DNA from: Lama glama
Taxonomy: Eukaryota
DNA: 64,000 bases
NCBI GenBank assembly: GCA_028534125.1
Contig: CM052823.1
Location: forward strand, 1,922,001-1,986,000
Direction of reading: 5' to 3'
The notes below the pieces were generated by a model. It had not been told where the DNA came from. It did no database searches and worked only from the letters and a program-made list of their open reading frames with translations. Position numbers and translations under genes: made by a program. Shown here piece by piece: positions 30,130-44,859 of this stretch. Within the stretch, counting starts at the first letter, position 1, and every line of letters begins with the position of its first letter.

Positions 30130-30557
30130 CCATATCTTTTTAACAAGTCCCTTTCTGATGAGCATGTAGGCAGTTTTCAGTTTTCTTGGTCAGAATGCAA
30201 TGGCATCGTGAACACGTTACATCTTCTCTTTGTGACGGCCTCTCTAGAGTAAGTTTTAGAAGTGGAGCTGCTACAGCTGTTGGCAGAAATGCCTTCTGGA
30301 AGGCGGCGCCAGCTTCTGTTCCCGCCCACAACCTGTCCTCAGCATTCTTTGCCACCTTGACAGGTGAAAAAAACGTATCACCGCTTTAACTTACGTGGGT
30401 TGTGGTAACACGTCTGCTGTGAGTGCAACCAGCAAGTCTAAGGATTTTCATGGTCGCCTTTCCGGAACTTCCGTTTCATTAGCTTTGGTTGCATTTGGCT
30501 ACCATGAAGTAAGAAGTGATCGTTGCTTTGGAACTGTTTCTGTTTTGTCTCCAGTGA

Positions 30558-31031
<474 letters not shown>

Positions 31032-32167
31032 TAATGTCCCCTTTTAAAAATGATGAATTACTCAATTTGAGTAAAATCAAGTCAAGTAGCTATCTTGTTT
31101 TAGAATTCATCAGATATACTTCCACTTTTATTTTCATGGCACTTTATACGTTTGCAAAGCGGTGTCGTGTATGTTACCCTGTTAGGGCTTCATTGCTGCC
31201 CTGTTAGCACTGTCAGGACCCGGGCTGCAGCCCCCCAGGTGCCGTGTGGGCCTCCGAGTTCCCAGCCCTTCTCAGGGTCGCTGTGCGCAAGACCGTATTC
31301 TGTCCTCCCACCATGTCGTGTCTTTACGTGTGCGTGCGCGGAGGTCAGGAGCCACTGTGTGCATGTAGATTTTGTCTTTCACTGCCTAAGATCACGGGTT
31401 TTCCAGGTTGGGTCCTGGCCTGGGGCCCGTCTGGTGTCTGACCTGGTCTGACGGGCTTCTGATTGGCCCCGGGGAGCTCTGCTCCTACGCTGCAAATCTA
31501 CTTTGGTGTCATCACACCCAGCCTTATTAGTCTGTAAGTGTGTCTTTGCTGGGGGATAGAGAAACTGAGATTTGACCAAGTAAGAGAAGAATCTTGATTA
31601 CTCCTCAGTTAAGAAACTTTTTCTTAATAAAGTAAGAGCTGAACTTTAGACAACGTGGAGAAAAGACTGAGATGAGTGTTACCGTTGTTGAAAGGATTTT
31701 TCCTGGACTTCAAGGAAACTGCTTACACACTGCAGTTTCCCAGATAAGTAAGTTTAGTTTTGCTTTTAATAAAGAAGGACCCTCAAATTAAAAAACAAGG
31801 TTGTAATAAAGTTACCTAAGTAGTCTCCCCTTGGGTTCCAAACCTCTTGTCTGCCTTTGGCCCCTGTTTCAGGCCAAGAACTGCGAGCCCCAGCCTCTGC
31901 CCCACATTCCCCCAGGGTCGCAGTGAGCAGTGGGTCCTGCCGCGGGGAAACTGGTGGTCACCAGCCTGATCCAGGTTCGGCCCGGGCCATCGTCATCCTC
32001 GTAGGCGGCGCATGCGTCCCCTCGGCTGCGCCGTCCGCTGGCCAGAGTCAGGAACGAGCAGTGGCTGCGCCAGTGCTCGGGTCCCGTGCGGGCCGCGCCG
32101 CGGAGCCGGCCTTCCGGGAGGCTGCGGGAGTCTCCCTGGTTCACGCTTGCTTTCACCGTCACAGTGA

Positions 32168-32323
<156 letters not shown>

Positions 32324-32470
32324 TAGGTTTACCGTTCCCCAGGCCCAGCCTTCCCCTGGGGAGGCAGCGAGGGCGTGCTGGCAGTCTGAGGTGGGGACAG
32401 CCTGAGGGAGCACCCAGTGGGCTTTGTCCTTTGAAAGTGCACACCTGCCTGTGCACACGGGGGCACTTGG

Positions 32471-32639
32471 CAGGGCCGCAGGCTTTGTCCGTACAGGGCC
32501 TGAATGGAAACAGTTTAGGCTTTGTGGTTTCTGTTGTGTATTCTTTTTCAAACAACCCACTGAAAATGTGGAAACCATTCTTAGCTCATAGGAGGTTCAG
32601 GAGCAGACTTGGGGGGACTTGGCCGCCGGCTGATCCCTG
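32471..32639. mobile_element. MER58-family (hAT-Charlie) MITE
   Basis: caggg.. tttaggctttgtgg .. aaaatgtggaaaccattcttagctc .. gatccctg termini. Confidence 0.7.
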
Positions 32640-33822
32640 ACCTCTAGGCCGCAGAACATTGGTGGCTGCAGCCAGCAGCGCGGTGCCGCCGTGCTCAGCT
32701 GGGCGCGTCTCCCTCGGGTGCTCTGTGGCTTCTGTGGCTGTTGCGGCTGCAGCTCTGCAGCCTCCGTCGATGGGGCCACAGCACAGTCCCCATACACCGA
32801 ACGCTCCGAGAGCCCCAGCCCCATGTGCTGTCTGCATCTGCAGGCCTGTCTTGAGTGGCCCATATGGGGCCGTGTCACCTGAGGAGCTCTGACTTGCTTT
32901 CCAAAGGAAACCGGCCAAGCGGAGAGGGCTTGAGAAGAAAGGCAGGAGAAATACAACAAATGGAACTGCCACGGCTCCTGAAACCAGGGCACCGAACTGG
33001 ACTCAGGGCTGCTCTGGCCACTGGTGCCTGAGCTGATGGAAAGTCCTTCAGAAGAGGGTTACTTACTGCTGCTCAAGTGCATAGAGTCTCTCTTTGGGTG
33101 TGAGAGGCCAGAGCTAAACAGCACTTAAGCCAAAGTGACGGCTGATGCCTGCTAGCCCAGAGGCAGCGTCCGGGATGTTGTGGGCTCCTGAGTTGTGAAT
33201 TCCTCCTGCAGAGGCTCTCGACCTTTCTGCTGCATTTCAGCTCACTAGGTGTTTATTCCACCTGCGGTCCCACCTGGAAGGTTGGGCCCTGGGATCTCCG
33301 CCCGGAGTGGCCCAGCAGGGGCAGCGCACACACTCTCAGGCCGCCCCCGAGAGTAACTAGTCCCAGGGTTAAGCCCTGTTGTGGCTGCGATCTGTGCGTC
33401 AGTGTGCACCTGCGCGCCAGAGAGCAGCTCAGCTCTGCTGGGCCAGGTGCTGGTTCTGAGGGGGCCGTACAGGCTGTTCAGTCTCCCGGGGACGATGGGC
33501 TCCAGGAGTCGGACACATCGTCCCCAGCCGGTGCAGAACCAGTGAGGCCCCACAAGCCCGGCTTCTCGCATGGCGCTCCTCTCTGCGTGTGTCGTTAAGT
33601 GTAGGCAGTGGTTCGGACGTCACACTCCCCTCCCTGGTGGAGGTGCCTTCTCTGACTCGCTCTGGGGGCATGTCCCTCCCTGCTGCCCACTGTCACCCCA
33701 TCCCGTGCCCTAAGGACGACTTTAGTGTTGGTTCCATAGACAGTAGCCTTTTCACAGGCATTTTTGTTTGCCAATTTTAAAAGACTTATCTTTTACCCCA
33801 GGAAATTTTTAAGTGGTAATGA

Positions 33823-34246
<424 letters not shown>

Positions 34247-35071
34247 TAAAACTTCTTAGTCTCTGTTCTTGGGCATTAATCTCTGCAAAGAAAATCTTCA
34301 GAGTTGTTTTCATCAAAAAGGAAAGCAGGAGAAAGAGCTCAAACTTTAGCAAACCTGTTTAGAGTTCTCGTATTTTGCCAGTTTGTAAAAATTGTTTCTC
34401 CAACTTGCTTAACTCTACTAATGTAATTTTATAGTTATAGCTAGAATCAGTTCCTAGTATTATTATCCTTAAACTCTCATTTCTTTGTCTTAATTCTCCT
34501 GTTTGTGGCTCCGAGACGGAATTGCCATAACTCATTTTTTTCTGGCATTTCTGTCGGTGGCTGTGCTTACTTTTCAGTCTCTTGGGTGCCAGGTCTGTTG
34601 TCACTGTCCATCTCCCGTGGTTCCTAGGTTATGAAAGCTTCCAAAGGGCATCCCTTTTAGGTCTTAATCCTTAACCTGACTTGTGGGGTGGCACTGCAGT
34701 TGACGCTGACTCATCAGACCTGGCTCAGCTGCCTGCTCTGTGTCTGGAACCCCAGCTCCCTGATCCAGAAAAACGCTTTGGCTGAGTCCTTTAATCACTC
34801 ATACCTCGTCACATACTGTGGGTACACCGTGCTGGCTTACGTGGCTCAGCAGGGACGAACAGACAGGCTCCTGGTCCCGGGGAGAGCGTGCGGCAGCCGT
34901 CCAAGCAAAGTCAGTGCTCACGGGTGCAGGTGGCCACACGGGTGTGAGGGAGAAAGTCAGAAAGTCTCTAAGCAACAGAGTGTTAGGAGCCATTAAATAA
35001 TTCACTGTCAGTGAGTCAGATAACAAAGTTTTGCATCTAAAGGAACACGATTTATTTTCACTTTTGCTCAG

Positions 35072-35205
35072 ATTCAAATAGGCTCGAACGACAACTCGAG
35101 GACACAGTGACTCTTCGCCAAGAGCACGAGGACTCCACGCTTCGGCTGAAAGGCCTGGAAAAGCAGTACCGTGTGGTGCGGCAGGAAAAGGAGGAGTTTC
35201 ACAAG
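35072..35205 (+). CDS. CDC42BPB: exon 12 (134 nt) (D)[44 protein letters not shown]
   Basis: ttttgctcag| ... AAG|gtggcc; ORF 35107..35295. Confidence 0.94.
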
Positions 35206-36502
35206 GTGGCCGAGGCTTGGTTTGTGCAAGAAGCGTTTGCGTGGGTGTGCAGAGTGTGTGAGGCTGGGTTTGGCAGACATTTGAAGACCCCCTAGGACCC
35301 CGGCCAGTGCTGCCTACAGCTCCTAAGGAGCAAGGCTGGGCCTGGTTCCCACGCAGCTGCTCCCAGGCTGCGGGTGGCCCGTCAGTGGCTTGGCTTTCCA
35401 GTCATCATCTTTAATCTCTCCCGCACCCCTGCTGAGTCGGCGGTGTCTCCCCTTGTGACAGTGAGGACCTGGTGGCTCGGAGGACTTGCCTGCGTCCCAG
35501 GCCAGGGTAGCTGGCCCACCTGGCTGAGGGTGCTTGTCCTCACCCAAGCCAGGGTCCTCGCCCTTCCTGCTCAGCCAGGCTGCCCTCAGCCACGTGCAGT
35601 TTTGATAGCTGGACCTTGCAAAAGAGACCATAAAAATGAGGGTGACGCCCCCATAACTCCTTTATAAATTTGGTTTTCAGTAAAATTCGTCAGACTACGT
35701 GCTCAGGTGCCAGTATGTTCACCCCACAGTTAGGATCAAGTTTCCTGAAGTACGTCCACGTGCGACACTTAGTCGGTGACTCTGTAGTTTGTGATCTGTT
35801 TTCTAAAATGTTGCCATGGTGTCCCAGCCCCTGCAGTGCTCTGTCTGGGACGTGCAGTGTGGGTGGAGAACCTGGCACTGAGCGGGCCCGGGAGGCCTCT
35901 CCTCCCCTGGGGGGGCTGCTCGTCAGCCTGCTCAGATTCTGTGCTTCCAACCGCAGTGGCTGGGCAGTCCAGTTGTTGAGGGGTGGTCAGTGCAGCCAGC
36001 AGTGAGGTGGGGTGGTCAGCGCACCCAGAGGGACAGCCAGCAGCTGGAGCTCAGACTCTAGTTTAAACTGTTTCTGCGCAATTCTGTCCTTTGATTGAAA
36101 TCCTTAGGCATTTTCACATATAATGTGTTCTTTCCTGATCCTGCCATGTGTAAGTAACTGTAGAGTGGCGACCACATTCATGCTTTATCTACTTGTGTGA
36201 TTGTGGGTAACGCAGGGGAGAGGTCAGAATTCCTGAGCCAGACTTGCCTCTGTGAGCAGGCTGCTCCTCTCGTGGGGGGGGGGGCCTCACCTGAGCACAG
36301 GTGGGCTGCTTCAGGCTGCACGTGGCTGTGCTTGAGCAGAGCGAGGGGCTTCTCCTCAGAAGGTCAGTTCTTGGCCTGTGGCAGCAGTCTGTAACCAGCT
36401 TTGCTGTCACTATTAACCCCTTAGTGCAGTGGGCGATGGTGCCTCTACCCGCCCAGGTCTCTGTCAGGCAAACCTGAAACATCTGTAACTCTTTGTGCTC
36501 AG

Positions 36503-36745
36503 CAACTGATCGAAGCTTCAGAGCGACTGAAGTCCCAGGCCAGAGAACTCAAAGATGCCCACCAGCAGCGAAAGCTGGCCCTGCAGGAGTTCTCGGAGCT
36601 CAATGAGCGCATGGCCGAGCTCCGCTCCCAGAAGCAGAAGCTGTCCCGGCAGCTGCGGGACAAGGAAGAGGAGGTGGAGGTGGCCATGCAGAAGATCGAC
36701 TCCCTGCGGCAGGAGGCCCGCAGGTCCGACAAGTGCAGGAAGGAG
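36503..36745 (+). CDS. CDC42BPB: exon 13 (243 nt) [46 protein letters not shown]...KCRKE; coiled coil
   Basis: gtgctcag| ... |gtagct; ORF 36611..36841. Confidence 0.95.
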
Positions 36746-37094
36746 GTAGCTTCTCAGGGGCTTTGGGGCTGCACTGATGGGACTTCGGGCGACCTTAGGG
36801 AACCGTCTGCGTGCTGGGCTGCATTACATAAATCCCTGTAAGACATCTTAAATTTCACGTGGAGCCAAGTGAGTCTCTCTGCCAAGCATTTATTTTGTAG
36901 TTCTCAGCCCTTGATACCTATTTGTCAAATTATTGAAAGAGGTTACTATAGTATTAAACTTTTAAGAATTCCCTTTTAGAGCAAAATAGAGGGTATCCAC
37001 GTTGTGTGCTGTGGCGTGGCTTCAGTAGACGTGAAGACTAGAAGCAAGTGGAAGACACGCACGTCTCAGCCTGGAGACTTCACGTCAGCTGCCT

Positions 37095-37500
37095 TAGAGC
37101 GGCGGGTCTGAGGCTTGGGTTTCGGGGCTTCTTTACATTTAAGAAGTCACTGATGCCCCAAAGAGCTTTTGTCTGCGTGGGTTATAGATCTTAATGGTTA
37201 CCATATAAGGAATTAGAACTGAAGAAGTTTTCAATATAACAGACTATTTACACGTTCAGATAAGTAACATTTTTTATGAGTTTTTTTTTTATTGTGGTGA
37301 GAGTGGCATTTTTAACATTTTTGTGCTTTTCTTTAATATCTGATTGAACAGAAAGCAGCTGGGTTCTTGTGAGTGTTTTTGCATTGTCTGTAGTGACACA
37401 TTTTGGGGGGAAGAAAACCCAGCTCCTAAGATAGGTAATTGAAAGAAGGACCTTGCAGACCTCCTGATAGGGTCTCAGGACCCCACTCGAGAGCTCTTGC
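37095..37500. mobile_element. Charlie1-like hAT DNA transposon fragment
   Basis: ccccaaagagcttttgtctgcgtgggttatag; gagagtggcattttt; ggtctcaggacccc. Confidence 0.65.
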
Positions 37501-37764
37501 CTTACGTAATTCCCAGTGTTCAGCTGTTAACAGGCAACATATTTTCAGCAGGCCTTCCTTGAAGGTGCTGTTAGGATCTGCCTGGTACGCTGGGTGGGGC
37601 AGCCCAGAGGTACACGCTGTTGTTGCTTTCATGTTCGGGGCTGTTTGTCTTTTGGCCTCAGAATGCCAGTTTGTTTTCTTGCCCAAATACATCTGTAGTT
37701 GTAGCCAGCTGTAAGTCAACTTAGTGAAGGCCCTAACTGAGCGCTACCGTTCCATTTGTGGACG

Positions 37765-37925
37765 AAGTGATGAGATGTCTGGGTGTTGCTTTAAAATAAT
37801 TAGGGAGTGGACGTACGGCCTAGGAGTTGGGCTGGGTTGCTACCTGTCGACGCTGGGTGATGGTCCGTGGGGTTCCTGCACTCCTCTCTACTTTTGTGTA
37901 TGTTTGCAATTTTACGTTTAAAAAG
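37765..37925 (+). mobile_element. old L1 3' terminus fragment
   Basis: gatgtctgggtgttgctttaaaata ... ctgggtgatgg ... ctctacttttgtgtatgtttg. Confidence 0.55.
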
Positions 37926-38195
37926 AACTAGAATCTGTGTTCTGTAGATTTCAGAAGTACTTGTTTTCACGAAACCAGTATACTTGGTTGAAATTTAATC
38001 TCAAAGTATCCATTTAAACTGGAATGTAAACTTACTTTGTTACTAACCAGCCATCCCAGGGAAGCCCTGAAGTGTGTTTCTCAGCCTTTAGCTTGTGATA
38101 AACTCTGATGGAGAGTGAGGAACTACACCTTCGGGTGAAGAGCTGAGTGCCGCCGGGGCTGGCGGCATGTGGGTAAGGCCGTGCTCTCTCTGTAG

Positions 38196-38306
38196 CTGGA
38201 AGCCCAGCTCGAGGACGCCGTCGCCGAGGCCTCCAAGGAGCGCACGCTGCGTGAGCACAGCGAGAACTTCTCCAAGCAAATAGAAAGTGAGCTCGAGGCC
38301 CTCAAG
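38196..38306 (+). CDS. CDC42BPB: exon 14 (111 nt) [37 protein letters not shown]
   Basis: ctctctctgtag| ... AAG|gtagtg. Confidence 0.95.
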
Positions 38307-38764
38307 GTAGTGCCTCTTACTGAGAGGACAGACCGTTACCCGTAGTGGCTTCCGCAGGGAAATCATCACGCTCCTCAGGGCAGAACCACACCCGGGACTG
38401 TCCCAGACGACAGCCAGGAGGGGGTGGGGGGTGGGGGGCGGCGGGATGTGAACCTGATGGGAAAGCTTTTCGGTAGCGTTTCGCTTTTACAAGCCAGATT
38501 CCTTGATTTTGTTCCTTGTGCACGTGTTCCCAGCAGTATTCAGCAGGCCCTGGAGAACCAGCACCTGACACTTTGTGTGTGTCGTGGGTGTGTGGATTCA
38601 GTGGCGTCCGTTCCTGGAAAAGTTCCTTACGGGCTGGTCGTCTGTGGCCAAAGGGGGCAGGGGGAGATGGCAGAGACCGCCGTCTAGCCCTGTTACCAGG
38701 AGGGAGCCTGACACAGAGTCAAAAGAATACTGTTGTGTAAACAAACAGTGCGAGTAGACCTTGA

Positions 38765-39214
<450 letters not shown>

Positions 39215-39285
39215 TAGGTGTGCGCAAGCCCCACGGGTGGCGGGCCCGGGGCGGGAGGCTGACCGCCCTCTCCCCCGGCTGCCAG

Positions 39286-39391
39286 GCTCAGCGAGGTGGA
39301 GGAGGCCGTGGGCACCCTCAGAGACAAGCACGAACGCGAGAGAGCCCTGCTGTTTGAGGAAAACCAGAAGGTAACTGCTGAGAATGAAAAG
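39286..39391 (+). CDS. CDC42BPB: exon 16 (106 nt) [35 protein letters not shown]
   Basis: follows a 72-nt intron; gccag| ... AAG|gtaatt; phases match neighbours. Confidence 0.92.
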
Positions 39392-39770
39392 GTAATTTGA
39401 AGTGTCTGGTTTATCCCTTGGCGGAAGCGTAATTTTTTTTCACGCTTGAGTCTTAGAAGTTCGGTATTTTACGTATTTTAATTTTTGAATGAAATAATGT
39501 TTGACCTTTTAATTGGGATGTTTTCATTTGGTTACAAGCTCTAAGTACTTGAAACCACTAGCTCTTACCACTTTTACATTCAGATTTGTATTGAAACATG
39601 ATTTAAGTTAGATATGATCAGAAAGTCTATCTTGGAAACTGAGTTTGGAAAAAAATCTCCTAATGATTAAAGAAAACTTTCAAAACCATCAGAAGAACTT
39701 GTAGTTTTCATTGTGCTAGTATCCCGTTTGAAGGATGCCAAGTTATGAGTTGTGTGGCACACTTGTTTAA

Positions 39771-40067
<297 letters not shown>

Positions 40068-40070
40068 TGA

Positions 40071-40403
<333 letters not shown>

Positions 40404-42207
40404 TGAATGTGGCAGGTAATTCCAGTGACACGAGAGGCTTCGGTGAACATGAACTCAATTTGAGAACCCTTGTCAGTCATCAGGAGATCGCAGATTATTT
40501 TGATACCGTTCATTTATTTAACAAATAGTTACTGAGGACTGGGCTGTGTGGAGAAGTCTCAAATTTCAGGACTGGCTGCTGCCCTCAAGGTGCTTGGATT
40601 TATTGATGTGACCAGCTGCCCAGTGATCTGTGATTTTGACATCCTGAGTGTGGCTGGGTTGGGAGACTGTTCCCAGGCAGCAGCCGCATGTGCCACCCCC
40701 CTTCCTTTGTTCGGTCCAGTTTACCCACCTTAAAGTAGAGATGTGCAAGCTATTTTGAGAAAGAATAAAGGCATAGAAAATCAGCTTTATTAGAAGACTA
40801 GTTAGAACTTAAACTCAGCGAGCCCACGTTTTCTTCCCATGTCTTCCTGATGTGAAGGTGTATTTACGGGATGGGGCGGGGCAGGGCAGGACCTTTGAGT
40901 GGCTTTGGCTAGTGATCCTGTCGGCAGGACCTGAAGCCCAGCGTCCTGTGATTGCTGGGTCCTGTGACTTCACCTCTTGTGGGCTCTCCTGCCCTCGCCC
41001 CTCTTTCTTCTTGCATGTCCGTCCTCAACGCCAGTGCTCTAAAAAATGCAAACAGCTCATAACTTTATTGAAGGAAAAAACATGACCCTGTTCTTTGCTC
41101 CGTAATTGGAAAACACTTTTTTCTTTACATTTATGAACACCAATTCGAATGAGCAATACATTTTTTTCATTTCTGCTTTTTTCTTCCAGTCATGTCTACA
41201 CGTACACTGGCACTTATAAACGGCATTGAATGAGTTTTGTGCACAAACTTCATCAAAGATGAAAGAACACTGTCGTAGGTTCTTTTAGCAAAAGGGGATT
41301 GTTGAGATCCTTGTCACAGAGCCCTTTGTGAACAGTCCTTCCTGTTGAAGGTCTGACTGGACGCAAACATACTCCCTCTTCATCCTTAGAAGTGTGGTGC
41401 TTGTTCGCTTACCATTCCTGAGAAAGCTCACACAGGACACGGTCCCTGAAGACCCGTGGAGGCCTCCTTCATCTGATGGGCCTCACGTGGTCGTGAGAGC
41501 CCAGCTGCCCCTGCACCCTCCTCTTCTCATTGCCCACTTCTCATGAGACGCGCCCTCAGTCGGTTTTCTCCCCTTTCCTGTTTGGAGGAAAGGTGAAATG
41601 TTCTCAGCTGTATGCAGTGAAAGCCTAAAGCACGGCGTGCCAGGACAGTCTCTCCAGGGTTCTTTTATCGTCTTAAAAGCTGGGGGATCACATCAGGGAA
41701 CTCAGTAAGAACATGAAGAATGCTGTAATCGGCTGGGCTGTTTCCCTGTGGCTTTATTCTTCTAAGTCATTCCATCATTCTTCCTTTTTTATTTAGTTTA
41801 GTTTTTTGTCATAGGAGGGAATAAGTAGTGAGTAATGACATAATTACTGGCAAGTTGAAATAGCAGAAGGTTTCAAGATGTAGGAAAAATAAGACACCTG
41901 TGATCCTGTAACACACCTTAAATCTGCAGATGGTCTAGTGGAGCCGCATAGGACTTGCTCTGCGGGTCAGGTTCTTCTTCAACAACAGAAGAGTGAATTT
42001 TATTGCTTAGAAGACCTCTAAGAAAGAATAAAGTCACAAAATATCAAAACTAAAATTGAGTCTGATGGACTTCAATAACATCTTGAGAGTTAATATTTAA
42101 ATATAGTAAAAGTTTAAGGTTCGAAGAAGATAGTTCTTTGTTAGCATTAATTTTGTTAAGCAAATAGCTCAAGAATGTGTTTTTAATATTTGAACCAATA
42201 TCCACAG

Positions 42208-42356
42208 GATCCCCTTTGGAAAGTTCGCCGTAGTCAGAAGCTGGACATGTCGGCTCGGCTAGAACTGCAATCTGCTCTTGAGGCGGAAATCCGGGCCAAA
42301 CAGCTCGTTCAGGAGGAGCTGAGGAAGGTCAAGGACTCGAATCTCGCCTTTGAAAG
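42208..42356 (+). CDS. CDC42BPB: exon 19 (149 nt) [49 protein letters not shown](S); DMPK-type coil
   Basis: ccacag| ... AG|gtgcct; ORF 42190..42495. Confidence 0.95.
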
Positions 42357-42944
42357 GTGCCTGAGGACCGGGGACCTGTTCCAAGCAGTGTGCCATCTCT
42401 GGCACTCAGTGGGCAGTGGAGCTGGGTGGACAACTGTGCCAGTGGACTTCACCTCCTGGTGGCTGTCTGCAGGTTCTGAGTGCCAGTGTCTCTGAGTGTG
42501 TATGTTGGGGAGGGGTGTGCTCCCTATGCTGGGTGACAGGACTCACAGCCACATGTCCATGGACCCCACTCAGGCCTTCAGTTCATCAACTTAGAGCTTT
42601 TTCTTTTAAGCTAAAACGAATATTTTAAAATGTAGGTTGAAGATGGTATGCCTATTTGAAAGTTTCCCCCACCTTCAGACAGTGGTAAGAGCACACTTCC
42701 TCACAGGAGGAGGTTCAGCAGGTGCTGGGCGAGAGCCCGTGTCTGCAGACCCTGCCTTGCGCTCGGGGTGTGAGGATGAGCTGCGGTTTCAGGAGGACCG
42801 GCCGCCCGCCTGTCGTCACGCCTGCTGATGCGGATGCTGCTGGGACAGGCTCTGACCTGCCTTCTGAGGGGGGTGTCTTGGGAGTGATGGTGCCGCTGAC
42901 AGGGTTACCGAGTCCCAGATCCTGTTAGTTTGGGCTAAAAAACT

Positions 42945-43160
42945 AATAGTAGTAACAGCTGCCATTTAAATAGACTCCTTTTTACTAGGAGCTGCTGTAA
43001 GGGCTTCATTCCGTTAAGTTACATGACTTTACAGCATCCCTGCAAGGCGATACTCTGACTGCCCCCATTATACAGACGGTGAGACCAAGGGCGGAAAGAT
43101 GAGCTGGCTGACCCAGCCTCGCCTATGAGTGTGGAGCTAGGACTTGATTGCAGGCCCCCC
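42945..43160 (-). mobile_element. MIR SINE
   Basis: aatagtagtaacagctgccattta ... cccccattatacagacggtgagaccaagg ... ggagctaggacttga. Confidence 0.6.
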
Positions 43161-43640
43161 ACTCTTGGCGCTGGACTCTGCTACTTGCCTCCTGGCCAGA
43201 TGTTAAGCATAGCCGCTGACTCTGCTCCGCCCCCCACAGGCACAGGAAGCACAGGAGCCCCTCTGCTCGGGCCGGGGCACCACCTTCTGGTGCAGGCCAC
43301 CATCTTGCCCGTTACGAGAAAGACGTTCGGTCTGACAGCTGAGTCATCCAGGCTGTGTGTCCTCAGAGGACGCCTCTAGAGATAGATAAGGAAGGTCAGA
43401 AACTTGGTTAGAGCTTCACGGGACTGTCAAGTTCACGTTTGCTCACAGTCTGAAGCACGTGTTCTCTGCGTACCTGGGGGAGTGGAGAGGCTGATGGCGG
43501 GGAGTGGGTCCACGTTCCGCCCAGCCGTGGTGTCGAGCTCCTGCCCTGCCCGGCACTTCCCCAGACACCAGGGTGACCCTGCCCTCACAGCTTGACACTC
43601 TCTCGACCAGCCCATAGATGACCTGGGCTCTGTGCATTGA

Positions 43641-43808
<168 letters not shown>

Positions 43809-43816
43809 TGAGCTTT

Positions 43817-43960
43817 AAAAAATTATTTTATTTTATTTTTTTAACTTATGAGGGGAGGCAATCAGCTTTATTTATTTATTTTTAATGGAGGTGCTGGGGC
43901 TCGAACCCAGAACCTTGTGCATGCTAAGCAGGCACTCTTCCGCTGAGCTGTCCCCTCCCC
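43817..43960 (-). mobile_element. tRNA-Ala-derived SINE (camelid Vic-1-like)
   Basis: Minus strand reads GGGGAGGGGACAGCTCAGCGGAAGAGTGCCTGCTTAGCATGCACAAGGTTCTGGGTTCGAGCCCCAGCACCTCCATTAAAAATAAATAAATAAA; A box, B box and A-rich tail. Confidence 0.85.
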
Positions 43961-44765
43961 TCAAGTTATTTACATACAAACCTTTTTTTAATGGTTTTGT
44001 TTTAGATTTAATTTCTTACAGGTTTAGTTAACTTTCAGTTGTATAAAGAAAGCACTCACCATAAGTCCAAAGCCCAAACTCTGAAATAGAGCGGTTCAAA
44101 GACACCCTCCCCGAAGGTAGCCACAGTTTTGGGTTTATTCTTCCTTTGTTTCTTCTTGAAAACATAAAGCAAACGCCTACATCTGTATAGTTAGACATCC
44201 ATGTTCCCCGGATTTCACGAAGGCCTGCTCTGCTCATTCTTCAGGCGGGCGAGGCCGCAGCCCGCAGTGGGCCTGGGCCCTTCGCAGCTGCACACGCACT
44301 GCTGTGGGCTGCAGCAGCCCTGGCGGTGGGCGTCGGGCTGTTCCGGCCTCTTGCATAGTATGTTCCCTTTCTGTCCGTGTACTTCGGGAACAGTTGTCTT
44401 GCAGACATGGCCGGTTCTGCTCCGAGGCTTGTACAGCTGTGTCCCCGCCTCAGTGCAGGCAAGGGTCCTGCCCCGCAGCCTCACCCACAAAGTAGGATTT
44501 CCCTGTAAACGGGTCGGGGAAGTGGCATCCCATTCGTGTTTTCTTATGAGCAAGATGTGCATCTTTTTGTATGTTTGAGGGCTGTTTATATTTTTTAGTC
44601 TATGATTTATATACTTGTATATACTTGTATCTTCTGCCCATATTTTAAAATTCAGATTATAATTTTTTTAATTTTTAGTTTTTAATATACTGAGGATTAG
44701 ATCCTTTTGTTTGTATTACAAATATTTTTCCTAGTTTGTCTTTTTACTTTGCTTATGATTTTTTT

Positions 44766-44859
44766 CTTTTTAGAGGAGATAGTGAGGATTGAACCTAAGA
44801 CCTCATGCATGCTAAACACACGCTCTGCCTCTAAGCTGTACCCACTGCCATCCCCACCC
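44766..44859 (-). mobile_element. second, more diverged tRNA-derived camelid-type SINE with target-site duplication
   Basis: Minus strand GGGTACAGCTTAGAGGCAGAGCGTGTGTTTAGCATGCATGAGGTCTTAGGTTCAATCCTC; flanked by tgcttatgattttttt / tgcttacgattttttt. Confidence 0.8.

Noticed and set aside
29938-30252. Cys/Val-rich and His/Thr-rich ORFs resembling metal-binding proteins
   Set aside because: Translations of the (TG)n tract.
43886-43960. tRNA-Ala(AGC) gene
   Set aside because: tRNA-like head runs into an A-rich SINE tail and a diverged second copy lies about 800 bp away; this is a SINE.
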